A DNA stretch of 64,000 bases. Source: Squalus acanthias (taxonomy: Eukaryota). The translations under genes were made by a program, and so were the position numbers. The notes beneath the pieces are model-generated. The model did not search any database. It was not told where the DNA came from and saw nothing but the letters and a program-made list of their open reading frames with translations. The stretch lies in NCBI GenBank assembly GCA_030390025.1, contig CM059431.1:119662001-119726000 (forward strand). Reading direction: 5' to 3'. The stretch's first letter is position 1. Each line of letters starts with the position of its first letter. Shown piece by piece: positions 12,096-25,339 of this stretch.

Positions 12096-12986
12096 GGGGG
12101 AAAAATTCAGTTGGTTGCGCCTCCCGTTAGCGCCTTAAGAGGGCGCTAATGGGGCGCAAAGCAGCTAGCGCCCGGGCGCGGCGATGTTTGCGCCACTCGC
12201 GAAATTAACTAGACATTTTGCGGCGGCGCTAAACACTACCGCCACGATCTCCTGCGCCGGCAGATCGTGACGTCCGTCGGGTGCGCAACGCCCGGGTATC
12301 GCCCCGGAGCGGATATTGAGTGGCGCCCCCTGCCTTACCGCCTGCCGCTAGCAACGACAGGTTCAGGGGAGAGTTTAGCAGTCAGGAAGGGACTGGAGGA
12401 GCGCTATTTAAAGGCGACTGCTTCCTGCCTTTTATTGTTGGTGACATTTTTGAACCACGCATTCTGAGAGAGAGAGAGAGAGACTTCTGGAGAGATTCAA
12501 CGCTGTGTGAAGGAGTTTGGGTACTGACAGCACTTTGCAGGTTCATTTTGATTTGCCATTCCTTGTATCGATTTAGAAGAGACTTTGGGGGCTGCACTCT
12601 GAGCTCTTTCCCTGGGCCTCTCCATTGTTCTTTCCAGCAGATTTGATGTACAGGTCTCTCCAGGCCGAGATTCAAGGCTGCAATGAGCAGGATGTGGATG
12701 GAAAGCAAGATCAACCCTCCCCTTTAAGAACTGGCCCGCGCCATTGTGTGTGTGTTCCATTGCTGACTGACATCACATGAGCTTCGCCAGCGCTCTGAGG
12801 TAGCGCCTCGCTCCTCGGCCTTTGCGTCTTAAGACAGGTGTGAAGCGCTTGATTTAGCACTCCAATTACCTGCAGGGGCGATAAAAGTCAAGTTTGCAGT
12901 CGGTGGCGATAATTAGCGCCAGGCGCTAATCTTTGCGCCCGGCCGATAATTGCGCCCCAAATGGGGCGATACTGAATTTCTCCACA
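12096..12986 (+). mobile_element. Non-autonomous deletion derivative of Harbinger family B (~890 bp)
   Basis: The left end GGGGGAAAAATTCAGTTGGTTGCGCC matches 31424 onward, and the right ~350 bp matches 35240-35577. No coding capacity. Confidence 0.9.
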
Positions 12987-13591
12987 AATGACTCTTGTAT
13001 CAAAATAAACTGGACTGATTTCTGAGTATGAATCTGTTTTTTTCTTAACCCCATAATATATCATTACAAAAAGAAAGAAGCCAATATTGTGACCTATTAT
13101 AGACAAGTGCTTCATTTTTGTCGCAGGGTAATGCTGGACTGCTTGCTTGTTTGAATTTGTCTTGTTACCTTAAACAACAGATTATACACACACATACAGT
13201 TGTAAAAATGAATGATCAAGTCTTTATTGAGACACATACTCAGATTCCCATATGAGGGCTACTATACAGTGATTCATCCACTTACATACCATTTTTACCT
13301 TTGATCATTCCATTCCATGCATACCACCAATAAATCATATTAAAACAAAGATACATACAAGGAACAACAGAATAACAAACATGAGCCCAGCAAAAATACA
13401 CTTAACCCTTTTGATCTCTTCCAATCATTTGATTAGCTTTGCTTATATTGCCCTCTTAAACTCTTCCGATCATTTTATTACCATGACCTGATCCTCAACC
13501 TGATAGGTATAAAGGTCAGCCTTCTGATCTGTGGAGATACATTTGCCTTAGGGTGATGGGGAATGTGATGAGTGGCACAGCAAGATGAGGT

Positions 13592-14132
13592 TCAGTGTGG
13601 CTTTGTGCTAACGTTTTGTGATCTAATGAGATCATTGAAACGTTTGCAGCACTGCACCCACGTCCTCCTGACCACATCCCTGCTTGTGCCTTCCTCTGCA
13701 ATCTTCAACCAGGCTGTTTTGGTCTCTAGGAGAGGTCTCTTCCGCCCAGCGGAATGGAAGAGGACCTCGCTGCATTCTGTGACTCCCTCCATAAGCATAT
13801 GGAGGGAGTCATGGAAGAACCTGGGTGCAGCTCTCTGCCTCTGTGCAGTGATTGTCAGTGTTTGCAGCACTTCAATGTTGTAGAACACTGACAGCACAAA
13901 CGTCAAAAGTAAGGTGGCCATGGTCCCTTTAAGGAAACCGGCTGATGATGCGTCATGAATGACATCACGTGACCTGCTTCCTCTAATTGGACCGGGAAAT
14001 GCGCTGGGTGGGCTTAACTAGCCCTATTAACGGAAGTTCATTTTGGACAGCGGGATGGAGCCAGCAGTGGGCCCGCAACCCGCCACCGACATCACCCACA
14101 CCAGACCCGCTGAGGTGAGCAAAATCCCGGCC
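13592..14132 (-). pseudogene. Harbinger fragment with a Myb/SANT-like exon remnant and one TIR
   Basis: ORF 13592-13921 reads RAAPRFFHDSLHMLMEGV...TAWLKIAEE...RRTWVQCCKRFNDLIRS. Terminus AAAATCCCGGCC at 14132. Confidence 0.75.
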
Positions 14133-14446
14133 ACTTTGCGCTGATCCCACAGACTGCCCAGGACATTGAGTTACTCAGGTAATGTGGACTCTCATTCCCA
14201 CAGGTGACACTGGTTGGATAAACAGTGGAGAATTAACCATTGGTCCATGTTGGTAATCTGCCTGGTTTCAACCAATTAAACTCCAACAGTGCACCAGTAC
14301 ATGTTTCAGGTCTCTAAACACCAGAGCTCAGGCAATAAACAGATGTCTCAATCAATAAATGGATTAAAGAGGGCAGTGGAGTTTGTAATGGAACCTTCCA
14401 TAGAGGATTTGCAGTAGGACTCTTCATAGAAACTGATAAGTCTTTG

Positions 14447-14555
14447 GTAGTTCTGATAGAAGGTCAACGCCCTGAAACGTTAATTCTGTTTTTCTCTCCA
14501 CAGGAGCTGCCGGACCAGCTAAGTGTTTTCCAACATTTTCTATTTTCATTTTTGA
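14447..14555 (+). mobile_element. Penelope-type terminal fragment with a degenerate hammerhead core
   Basis: AGTTCTGATAGAAGGTC...CCTGAAACGTTAATTCTG, homologous to the minus strand of 61915-62006. Confidence 0.55.
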
Positions 14556-15110
14556 GGTCTTTAAGCCTTGGTATCTGCTATATAACCCTAAGAGGGAAGC
14601 GTGTACACTCAATCTCCAGAAAACCAAAGCTCTACCTGTATGTATTTATCAGTAGCTCGATTTGGAGATTCTTAATCATGGTGATGGGTTCCTGCATGGG
14701 TCAGACACATGGCTAACCACAATTAAAATGTATTTTTAAATAAAGCAATTTTAAGGAGGCAATTTTTTTTAATGTAGGCGTTATCATAGTGTTGAGCTTC
14801 ATTACTCCACCAGTGATTTTAGATCCCATGGCCAGTTTGTAATATTGATATTTTAAATAAACATATTTGCCACATGGGCAGATTGAACAGAACAATTAAA
14901 ATTCACAGTTGTTTTTTCTAAATCAAAACTGATTCAGCATCCATAGAGATTCATTTTAAATAGATACACTGCAGAAGAATTTGATTGAAAATAATCACAG
15001 CGTTGATTTTCCTCTTTGTTTTATTTTCTATCGGATGCACTTGTGAGTAATTCATATTAGATTTGGTCTTTGGTACTCAAAGACTAGAGGGAGCCTTGTA
15101 TAAAGTACAT

Positions 15111-17267
15111 GGCCTAGGAATTGGATAACGTGAAAAAATGGGCATGGGCACCACGGTGTGAGATAGGCCCGTGCCCGTTCAAGGAGCGCAGGCAGCTTGT
15201 CAACTTGGTGCTGTCTGCTAATTATAATGATTGCAGTGCACAGCCTGGAGCTGAACATGCTGCTGACAGGCTGTGCGCTCAGCAGTGAGCTGAAGTTCGC
15301 TTTGTTTGAGCGAGGCTAGCTTTACTTAAAGCTTTACTTAAAGCTAGCCTGGTCCTCTTAAAGGCAGTCTGCACCTCTTAAGGAGAGCTGCCTCCTGCTG
15401 ATGAATTTTTTTTAAAGTGCTTCAGCAGTAACACTAATGATTCAACAAGCCAGGGAAGGGGCACCCAGGGTCTCGCATGCAGTGCTCCAGCATTGTGCAG
15501 GGGGTCAACACTGGAAGAGAAGTCCTCTACCGACAGGGGCCCAGGAGGCCCTCCAGAAAGAAGGATGTGGGACCAGACTGCCAAGGCGGTCACTGCCAAC
15601 AGTGTCGCCCCCACAACCTAGTTCCAGTGCCCCAAGAAGTTTTATGACCTCAGACGAGTGATCATGGTCAGTGAATGCATCTTCAAAATCCTACTCCTAC
15701 CAATTGCACCACGAGCCTCACTCACTGCTCAATGCATGACCCTCCCCCCCACCCCAATCACTCACCTACAAACAAACACTACCAAACACAAGGCACACTT
15801 CACATTCCGAGTTTCACCTCACCCCCTTGGAGTAGATGGTACTGGCCATTCTTGGCAGGGGCATAGCTGAGCCCTTGGTCAGTGGTGGAGCTGGAAGAAT
15901 ACAAGATGCTGGTATCCTCATATGATATCCTCCTTCTCACATCCCACTTCCCCTTCATCCCACAATCTCTTCTGATTTACAAGCAGCACATGGTGTAAGT
16001 ATGCACCTCTTGCTTTCCCGCCCTCTCCTCACCACAACGCTACCCTTGTGCCTTCCTCATTTCAGACACCCAAGAAATCCAGCCTACCCAGCCAGTGGTT
16101 GACCAAGAACAGGGAGAAGAGAGTGAAGAAGAAGAAGAAAAAACACCATCACTTGATTTCGCACTCCCAGCCATCAGCTCTTCAAGGTCATCCTGCAAGG
16201 CCATCTGCAGTCTCCCCCACTAAAAGTCAGCAGCCTTCCACCAACCATGCTGCAGCCACTGGGGTAGTACTGCATAAGAGCACTAGTATATGCAAAGGCA
16301 CATGCAGGACACTCACTAAGGGAATGCACAAGGGTGATTAGTTGATTTTTCAATGTATTATTTGATGCATATATGGATAAAGTTGGAATGGAAAGTTTGC
16401 TTTGTGGTGGCTTTTAATTCAGCACTGTGGCCAAGAGGACATTGTGATGGTCAGTAACAGAGGAAAGGTAAGGTGTGGGGTAAATGTTGAAAGGGGAATT
16501 AGACTTGTGTTGACTGGTACCGCAGGCGGATGATTTGATCCCGAATATCCCGGCCAGAATGGGACTCTCTGTGTTGCCTCCACCCTTCCGCTTTCTCCTC
16601 TTCTGCTTTTTCCTCTTCTGCTTATTTCTCTTCTGCTTCTTCCTCTTCCTCCTCCTCTTTCTCCTCCTCCTCCCTTTGCAAGTAGATTGTCCCCTTTGCT
16701 GCTTCTGCTCCATCTCCATGTTATGCTGCAGCCCAAGGGGGACTGCAACTAGGGTCCCCAGGACTGGAAGCAAATGATGTTCTCAAAGGCCTTCCTTTAA
16801 AAGCCAAAGCCTTGCAAACATCCAGCAGCTCTCCTTTCACACTTTAACATCTTTTTAAATGTATTACTCCAAGCTATTACTCCAATAAAATGCAAAGAAA
16901 CCGGTACAAAAACAAAAATCTAAACTTACCTGAAAATTACGTGTGTCCCTTTAAGAAGCATTGGTAGGGGGTCTGTCGTACTGCTGCATGCGCGTTCTAC
17001 TGTGCATGCTTTGAAGAAGGTGTTAAAAGGAGTGTCGATGTCCAAAATACCAGATCGTGTATCAATTCAGCGTTGTACACCGATTGACGTCACGATCTGA
17101 TTCATCTATATATCTGGAGCAAGTGCAGGCAACGGCAGCGCTGCCGACCCACCCAAAATGGCGTCCACTGTGCTCCGCGCTGAAAGAGGGCGGGAGCAAG
17201 GTGGCCGCCATTTTTTTCTTCCAAACCGGCCTTAACGGCTGGCGCAAACGGGCCGAATTTCACGGCC
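15111..17267 (+). mobile_element. Old Harbinger derivative with Myb/SANT gene remnants and a nearly deleted transposase
   Basis: Ends GGCCTAGGAATT...AATTTCACGGCC with CAT/TAT flanks. Remnants MWDQTAKAVTANSVAPTT*FQCPKKFYDLRRV and SQQPSTNHAAATG resemble the family B Myb protein. Colinear with 48492-51010. Confidence 0.75.
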
Positions 17268-17982
17268 TATATTACAGTTATAAAGGAAGCATAAATAAGA
17301 GAAGTAAAGAAGTTAAAATACAAAAGTCACACTTATAGCATAGTCAGTTAAAGACAGATAAAACATGTTAACATCTATAAGGTTTCAAGTTGATCAATCT
17401 CGTATGTTCTTGTGGTAACATGTGAGCAGCCAGTCTCGCTCCGAGAACATTCTAATATTCTATGCTTTATGTCTGCCTTGTATACATTAAATCACTCATT
17501 ATATTTTGGGAACTTGAGCCTGCTTTTTTTTCCACCTGTCAATAAATTTCAATTTTTCCCCTAGCCAAGCAGCCTCCTAACCACATCTGCGCATTCCAAG
17601 GTAGGAAGCCACAGTCAACCAACAGTTCCCATGCTATGACCCCATAAAATACGATAACCACAGTAGACTAGAAATTGGAGTAGGCCGGAAACCTGTCGGT
17701 GCCACAGCAGGCCAAAGTTAACGGCCGCCTGCAATAATAGCGCAGGCAGCACCGATACTTTGTTGCTGACTGCTAATTTAAATTAGCGCAGCGCAAAACC
17801 TGGAGTGCAACCCTATTTTACTGGCGGTAGTCTCAGCAGGAGTCCTAATGTAGCATAGCCGTAGCATCCCTGGAGCAAAGCAGGGTTCTCTTAAAATTAG
17901 CCTGTCATTTTAGAAAGCAGTTTTGATCCCTTAAAGGGGAACTGCCTTCTAAAATGAAAAACATAAAAACCATTTAAAAATA

Positions 17983-18201
17983 GGGGGCTAAAAATTAGAT
18001 ATGGCAGAGAAACCGGGCAGAGTCATGGTAAGCACCGTTGGGTCAAAATGGTCTAGGTAGCACGGAATATTTGTGCTCAGTCCTGGAAATGGCGGCCACT
18101 GTGGGACCCGTTGGCAGCGGGTACAAGTGTGGCAGCTGCCATTTATTTCCCCGAATCTGGTGGTAACGGGTGGCGCTATACCCCCAAATTTTTAGCCCTC
18201 C
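17983..18201. mobile_element. Short Harbinger-type MITE (~220 bp)
   Basis: TIR GGGCTAAAAATT/AATTTTTAGCCC with ATA on both flanks. Confidence 0.65.
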
Positions 18202-19024
18202 ATAAATTTTCGTCTGCATAACTGTGCCATAAATAAGTATGAATTTAGTTAAGCTCCGCAATAACATTAGCAAATATCAATTTTTAAAAATTTGTTATTC
18301 AATGTAACCTTCATTTTCTTCCATTGGTGAACAAGAAAATGCTTTAAACCTTTAAATAGCGTTTTTTTTTAACAGTTATAGCAACAGCCAAGTTCCTTTC
18401 CCTCTGACATTCCCACAGAATGGTTGTCAATTTACCATACTTGTGTTGCATTTTTCACAATTTTGTATTTCCTGCATTCCCATAGTATATTTGTTCATTG
18501 ACTCTTTTTAGCCTGAATTCCAACCCCCTACCCCTCCAAAAAAAAAGAAGTAAAGCACAATTTTTCTAAGGTAAATGTTGAGTGTATAGAAGGGTTTCTG
18601 AGCAATTTCACTGAAATTGTATCAGGTTTGATATGTGCTGGGCTTCTGAAGGTTCACGCAAGAGAACACAGCATATCTGTGTGTACCTTGAAAAGGATCC
18701 ATGGATGCCTGGAATTTTCCCTGCCAGTATTTAGTAATAACAATGTCTAGCATTCAGTAATTCCACAAAACCAGATAATAGTCTGAAACCTGTTCTATTC
18801 AATTTGCTTTAAAATGCTTGATACAGCATTTGTAACCTTTGACTCCCATTGCTATGCAGTTACTTAATATTATCAACTTTCTGCAGTAAGATTCCTTTTG
18901 GCAGGCACAGAAATTGTGAGGCTTTGCTTCTCATTTTCTAAATGTACATTTATTGGCTAAGTTTTGCAGCCAGTGGTTTTCAATCAGAAGCCGCAGAAGG
19001 CTACAGTAAATCAATGTCCTTTAG

Positions 19025-19455
19025 GGTGTCAGCTGTGGCTCAGTGGTAGCACTCCAGGGACTTGAGCACATAAATCTAGGACTGACACTCCAGTGCAGTG
19101 CTGAGGGAGGGCTGCATTGTCTGAGGTACCGTCTTTCGGATGAGACGTTAAACCGAGGCCCTGTCTGCTCTCTCAGGTGGACGTAAAAGATCCCATAGCA
19201 CTATTTCGAAGAAGAGCAGGGGAGTTATCCCCGGTGTCCTGGCCAATATTTATCCCTCAATCAACATAATAAAAAACAGATTATCTGGTCATTATCACAT
19301 TGCTGTTTGTGGGAGCTTGCTGTGCGCAAATCGGCTGCCGCGTTTCCCACATTACAACAGTGACTACACTCCAAAAATACTTCATTGACTGTAAAGCGCT
19401 TTGAGATGTCCGGTGGCCGTGAAAGGCACTATATAAATGCAAGTCTTTCTTTCTT
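19025..19455 (+). mobile_element. tRNA-derived DeuSINE (SacSINE1-like)
   Basis: A-box-like GTGGCTCAGTGG, Deu-domain-like GTAAAAGATCCCATAGCACTATTTCGAAGAAGAGCAGGGG, and an L2-like tail GTAAAGCGCTTTG...TATATAAATGCAAG(TCTT)n. Confidence 0.8.
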
Positions 19456-19474
19456 TCTCTCATCTCCAATGCAT

Positions 19475-19895
19475 GAAGGTTGTGAGTTCAAGCCTCACTC
19501 CAGGGAGTTGAGTACATAATCTAGGCTGGCACCCCATTTTGAGGGAGTGCTGCGCTGCTGGAGGTGTTGTCTTTTGGATGAGACGTTAAACTGAGGCCCT
19601 GTCACGTGGATGTAAAAGCTCCCATGGCATTATTCAAAGAAGATCAGGGGAGTTTTCCCAGTGCCCTGGCCAACATTTATCCCTCAACCAACAACTAAAG
19701 CAGATGATCTGGTCATTTATTTCATGGCTTCATGGTTCATGGTTTGTGGGAGCTTGCTGTGCACACATTGGCTTCTGCATTTTCTACAATACAACAGTGA
19801 CTACACTTCAAAAGCTATATATTGGCTGTAAAGCACTTTGGGACTTCCAGTGGTCATGAACGACGTCATATAAATATGAATGTTTCTTTCTTTGT
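19475..19895 (+). mobile_element. Second, more diverged DeuSINE in tandem
   Basis: Colinear with 19025-19455 and retains a B-box-like GAGTTCAAGCC. Confidence 0.75.
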
Positions 19896-21882
19896 TTTCT
19901 TATTACAAAGAGGCTTTGGGGAACAGGACTGCAAAGCACTGGCAAAGCTGATTTCAATAAGTGCCTCTGAATTATCTAATTCATAGTCACACATATTCAG
20001 TTTGTTCCATTTATGTAGGGTGTGGTGTATTTGTCAGAGTCTATAGAGAAATCTTGCTGTAGCATTCATTTCATGTTTATTCAATGATCATCACCAAAGA
20101 GCTTGAGGTCAGTGAAGATTGACTTTCTTGCTGATTTGGCACAACCAATTCCACGGAGTGATTTTACTTACATTTTTTAATTACTTTGGTTACTGCTTTT
20201 ACGGTCAGCAAATACCGTATTAAAGTGATCTTAGTGCTAAAAATCGACTTGGGCCGAGAACCAGGCAAAGAGAGGCCCGAAGCCAGGAGCGACTGCTAAG
20301 GACAGACCAGTGGTGGATCAGACAGGCTGAAAATATGTTGCATGTTGACAGGGTTGAGCTGAGACAGGGTTGTGGTCAGTTAAGATGGACCTGGAACGGG
20401 TCCTGCCAGGTTAGGTGGGCTCGGATTGGGTGGTGGCAGGTCAGAGTAGTTTGGGATGAGCCAGGCTGGTCCAGAAAGACTTGGGGCAGGTAGAGCAGCA
20501 GAGCTCACAGGACTCCAGGTGGGTGTGAACAGGCTATAAAAAAGTATTGGTCTGTGACATTGCTGCTCAGAGCTGCTCTAAGGGACCAAAAATTAGCCAC
20601 ACCAGTATGACAGAAAGTGGCCTTCGAGCCAAACTCAAGCATTAGGCCCTTGACATAGGTTAGGCCTTAGATGCCAACATTTAATGGAGGCATTTTCAAA
20701 ACGAGTTGGATATTTTTATGTGTATGTTGAAATTTCTTTGCAAATTATTTATGACATGTTTGTTATGTTATAGATTGTATTTTTTACCTGTATGCAATTG
20801 GTTGGCTAAGGGAAAGCAATGACAGCCTAAAGGATATTGATTTTCTTTTTAATGATTTGATTGGTTTGGTTTCTATTTATTTTTACTGTTAGATTTCCTT
20901 CATGACTCATAGTTACAGAGTTATGATTTGTCCTTCCATCATGAATATGAAATCTAAGCCAATCAGTGGCAAGATGTTTGAATACACAAAATACAATACT
21001 AGAACATAATGCCACAGTTTATTATCAGAGTATAACACAAGAAGTATGAATATGATGCCTGAATTGTGACACATTGGAAGAATGCACACATGTACCAAAT
21101 TTAGAAAAATACAATTGAATGTTCGGTGCACTGCTTACAGTTAGTCAGAGGATACACTATTTTATAATAAAGGACTATTAAGCCATATGTTGACTTTCAA
21201 GATTTTTCACTATGTCACCACAGGAGGATCTTGATGTTATTGAGTTAAATATAGCACAAGAGTTTAAATTCACAGAGCAATAGAGCTGGGAAATGTAGAT
21301 TATGATTTGGATCAAGTGACTTTAGACAATGACCAGGCTGAGGTGGGGAAGTTAAGTTCACCCACTAGTGTAGGGTGGTGTGGCATGCTTTATTACTTAT
21401 TATATTTCTTATTTATGAGGAGAGAAGTGAAGTTAAGCAAAGTAAGTGAAGTTAAGCAAAGTAACATACTCTGTATGTTCACTTGCTGTCTGTAAATGAA
21501 ACAGTTGAATGATTTGTACCTGGTTCATCTCACTAAACCAGTTGCAGTCTGCCTACTGAAAAATTGAAGAAGTGCATGTGAGCAAGTGTGAGAGACACAT
21601 ATCTGGTTCAGGCCACAAGGGGGTACTATTGTTACACCTCGGGTCATGCTATTGTATGATTAGATATTGGGCATTACGGATTTGCTTTTAGTGCTCGGAC
21701 CACTTAAGGGAGTGACCAGCACTGTTGAACCCAAGAGAATATCTAAGTCAGACCCGAAATTTGTCATACCATGTAACACCCAATGTATTATCAGGGCCGC
21801 TGATTTATGGTGACTAAATAAGTTAAATTGCATTTTTATTGATTAGTGTTTTGGCATTGTTACCGATGTTTGGGAGATTGAT

Positions 21883-22655
21883 GGCAACCATTTAGAAGGA
21901 ATTTTCAGAAAATGTGTTCAGCCAAGCTCAACCTAATAATTCAAGTTTAAGCCAAGCACTCTGTAAATTTTTTGGTGCAACCAGTAAATCAGTGGTTTGA
22001 TAATTATTATATTTTGCTTTAGCTATGTACTCGTACTCAATGTCTTCTCTTTCCTTTTTAAAGGCTAGGATCAGCAGGATTTAGATGAGATTAGAGGTAT
22101 TTTTCTGGCATATTAGCAGCACTAGGAAGAAGCTGGCGATGGAGTTTATAGCAGTGGGACTGTCAGAAATGTTTATAACACTATATAGTCTTGGATTTTG
22201 ACAGAACTGTGGTGGAGTTCCAAAGGTTTAGCATCAGTGGAGGCATCTGGTGTTTAGCTGTATTGAAGAGAGCTCAAACAGTAAATTCTGGCTTGCTCTG
22301 AATGGTGAATATTTTATTTTAAATGTAGAATGTTTCTCGGATGTATATACCCTTTACCCCAGATAAAGCCACAAAGTTCATGCTTTACATTTTCAATTTT
22401 TATACAAACAAATTCACTTAGCTCACGTGCTTCCAGGCTTTTCTATTGTATCGCAAGGGGGCGGTGCTTACAAACAGCAGGTCCTGGCGCATTCTATGAG
22501 TGTTAGCTTTGAGTCACAAGAGAAAGACTTCTAACTGATGGAGCCAAAATGAAGATGGGATGGTCTTCACCTGGACGGCAACCATTCAGAAGGAATTTTC
22601 AGAAAATGTGTTCAGCCAAGCTCAACTTAATAATTCAAGTTTAAGCCAAGTACTC
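21883..22655 (+). repeat. 79-bp direct repeat pair (21883-21961 and 22577-22655)
   Basis: GGCAACCATT(T/C)AGAAGGAATTTTCAGAAAATGTGTTCAGCC...ACTC, with 3 mismatches. Confidence 0.9.
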
Positions 22656-23984
22656 CAAAATTATCCTTAGACTTCTGACCCAGGATTAGGCTTATTAAAG
22701 AAATCATTTTCCAGAGATTTACATTGCTGCACAGGCAAATCTATAGAGGGAAAAAGAGGGAAAGGAGTAGCTGTATTAATTAGAGATAACATAATGGCAG
22801 TAGAAAAAAGGGACATAACTAAAATTAAGCTTAAAACTGGCAACGTTTGCCATCATCTGGACCGCAAATTCTGGGCCATTATGGTTTAAGATAAAGATTG
22901 AGAAAAACGTAAGTAAGATAAAGACCAAAGTAATAGATGAGAAAAAAGCTAATTTTGAGAGGATGAGAATGGAACTAGGGCATATGAATTTCACAATTTT
23001 TAATTGGTTTGTCATATTATTAATTTTAGTTTTGCTTGTGAACTTTTGGCTAGATGGCAAATGTAAGTTAGAAACTCAAATAAACTGGAACATCCTTGAA
23101 GTAATTTGATTGATTCATTTTCTACTCTTTTGTTGGTAGATTTTCATCACTGCTCATTGTTAGAGTTTAGATAGGTAAACTTTTTTGAACTTATCCTAAC
23201 GTCAAGTATCTGCAAAACAGTGAAGGGAGGAAGTAAAAATCAGTAAATATATCTGGACACTGGCGATGCAATGGATCAGAAAGTGGCACTTTCAATTATG
23301 GGTTTGAATTTAGTCCAGATGATGGGATTAGTTTCTGGCTTTGCTTACTGCTGAGGTTCTATTTGGAATGAATTTGAAGAGTCTCAATGCAGCTTGTAGT
23401 AAGTGTAGGTCCCCAGCGTAACCTGTCTACAGAATCAGCAGTCTCACTCTACGAAGCCACAAGGATGGCTGATATGGCAAGTAGAAAGATTCACTCCCGT
23501 GCAATAGGGGCAGCTTCACGGAGGCTTGGGCTAAGGTAAATTGGTAGGGCAGTACAGAGCGAACATATTCTGCAGTTGACTGTGGGATATCTGACTTGGC
23601 TGGGAGTGTTCAATGCTGGTGATGATGCCTAAAGTGGGAATGTATTCCACTCCCTAAAGTGGAATCTCTCACAATTTACTAAAAATGTTTAAACTGTGGA
23701 AAATAAAAGTTTTAATTGCAGCAACACAAATGGCATTTCTAAATAAAAGGAAAACAAATTAAGCTTTGTTTGCATGGTATTTCCTGAATTAAAGGATATT
23801 AAGGAGAAGCACCTCTAGAAATATAATCAAAGAGACGCAATCGAATGACTGCCCGATATCCTAATGCCAGAGCCCCAGTTTATGGGTAAGGAAACCAAGA
23901 CGGATACCAGGCATTAATGTGAGAGTTAAATTGATGTTGTTGCACAAGGACAAATGGTTTGCATCACTTTTGATTTTGTTTCAC

Positions 23985-24390
23985 ATTAGTAGTTAACAGG
24001 CAGTTAAGAGGCTTTTCCCAATTTTTCAACTGCTGCTGCAGGCTTGCCGACGTCGGGTAATACCCTGCCAGGGTAAGTGAGGCGTGCTGTGGGTCTGTTG
24101 TTATGTTGGTGTTTGGATGACAGCTGCAGAAGTGGTGTGAAGGACGCAATGGGACAATGGTTAGTATCAGAGGTAAGGAAATGTTGTGAAAGTTATTTTA
24201 AATGTGGTTAGATGTTTCTGCAGGTGACAAACTGTGAGGTGTTTGTGTAGCCTCATCTCATTGGGAGAAGTGACAGATGGCTTCTGCAATCTCAGCTGCA
24301 GCTGCCATCTGTTTTATCCTAAGGAGGGAGTAATTGGATAGCCTGGGTGCTAGGGCTCACCTGTGTACAGTGATTGTCAGTGTTTGACAG
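23985..24390 (-). mobile_element. Fragment of the Harbinger-derived family seen at 9635-10510
   Basis: The reverse complement matches ~9905-10300, e.g. CACACCACTTCTGCAGCTGTCATC and CAAACACTGACAATCACTG. Confidence 0.7.
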
Positions 24391-25332
24391 TGTAATGGAA
24401 TAGCCATATTTCAGAAAAATACACCATCCTATGAACAGATTTCTGATATTATTAATACATGACATAATGGGTTTAAAAATCTAAAAGCCTCAACGACACA
24501 GGCTGCAAACAGAACACAGGCTTTTGAGATAATAACAGTTGATAACAAAAGCTGTAAACACCAAACAAGCTTTGAAATGGGAAATGGTTATTGACACTGA
24601 CACAATGGCCTATTGAAGAAGCAAAGAGTTGGTCCCAAGAATTCTAGAATTTGGAACCAAAACAATAGCAATGCCCAAGTAAAGTGTTAAAAACAAACAC
24701 GTCAAACAGAAACACAGAACATTAAAAAAACCATGTGCCTTTGTAAAAGTAACATCAAATGAAACAGGAAACACAAATATATATATAACCAACTAAGATG
24801 GCTAGGAAAACAAACACCCTGGATGAAGTGGTTTTGATTTACAAATTGTAAAAGGTACAAACAGAACACTTTGAAGATATAATATCAATAGATGACACCA
24901 AGCAATCACATTGTGTTTGTATTGAAAATGGAATAGTTAGAAGACACAATATCTGCTAATAAGCAGTTAAGGTGATATTAAGAATTGAAATGAAAGACCT
25001 TCGAAAGAATGGCATCAAAGAGATAAATCTGTTATACCATATTTTATGATAAGATATGAACACCTAAAGCTAGAGACAGAATTCTAAAAGCTAACAGCTG
25101 AATTAACATGTAAGAATAGAAAGAAGTCAACAGAGTTATGGCTAGAGATAATTAGCTTACATCAGCAGAAAACTTCAAAGAATATACCACTAAAAAAAGG
25201 TAGAAGAATAGAGCTTTTCAGATAGAGAGTCAGAAGTTGCTGGGAAGGGGCAGAGTGATTCTTGCCTTCAGAACCACTCTGTAGGCCTACAACTCTGAGT
25301 CTCGGGTAATCAAGGTATTTGATTTTGGTGGA
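24391..25332 (+). mobile_element. 3'-truncated LTR, same family as 26928-28415
   Basis: Starts TGTAATGGAATAGCCATATTTCAG and is colinear with 26928-27911, then breaks off next to a CR1. Confidence 0.8.
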
Positions 25333-25339
25333 AGGGGCG

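Noticed and set aside
16414..16773. Lys/Arg-rich protein ORF
   Set aside because: Low-complexity remnant inside a decayed Harbinger derivative.
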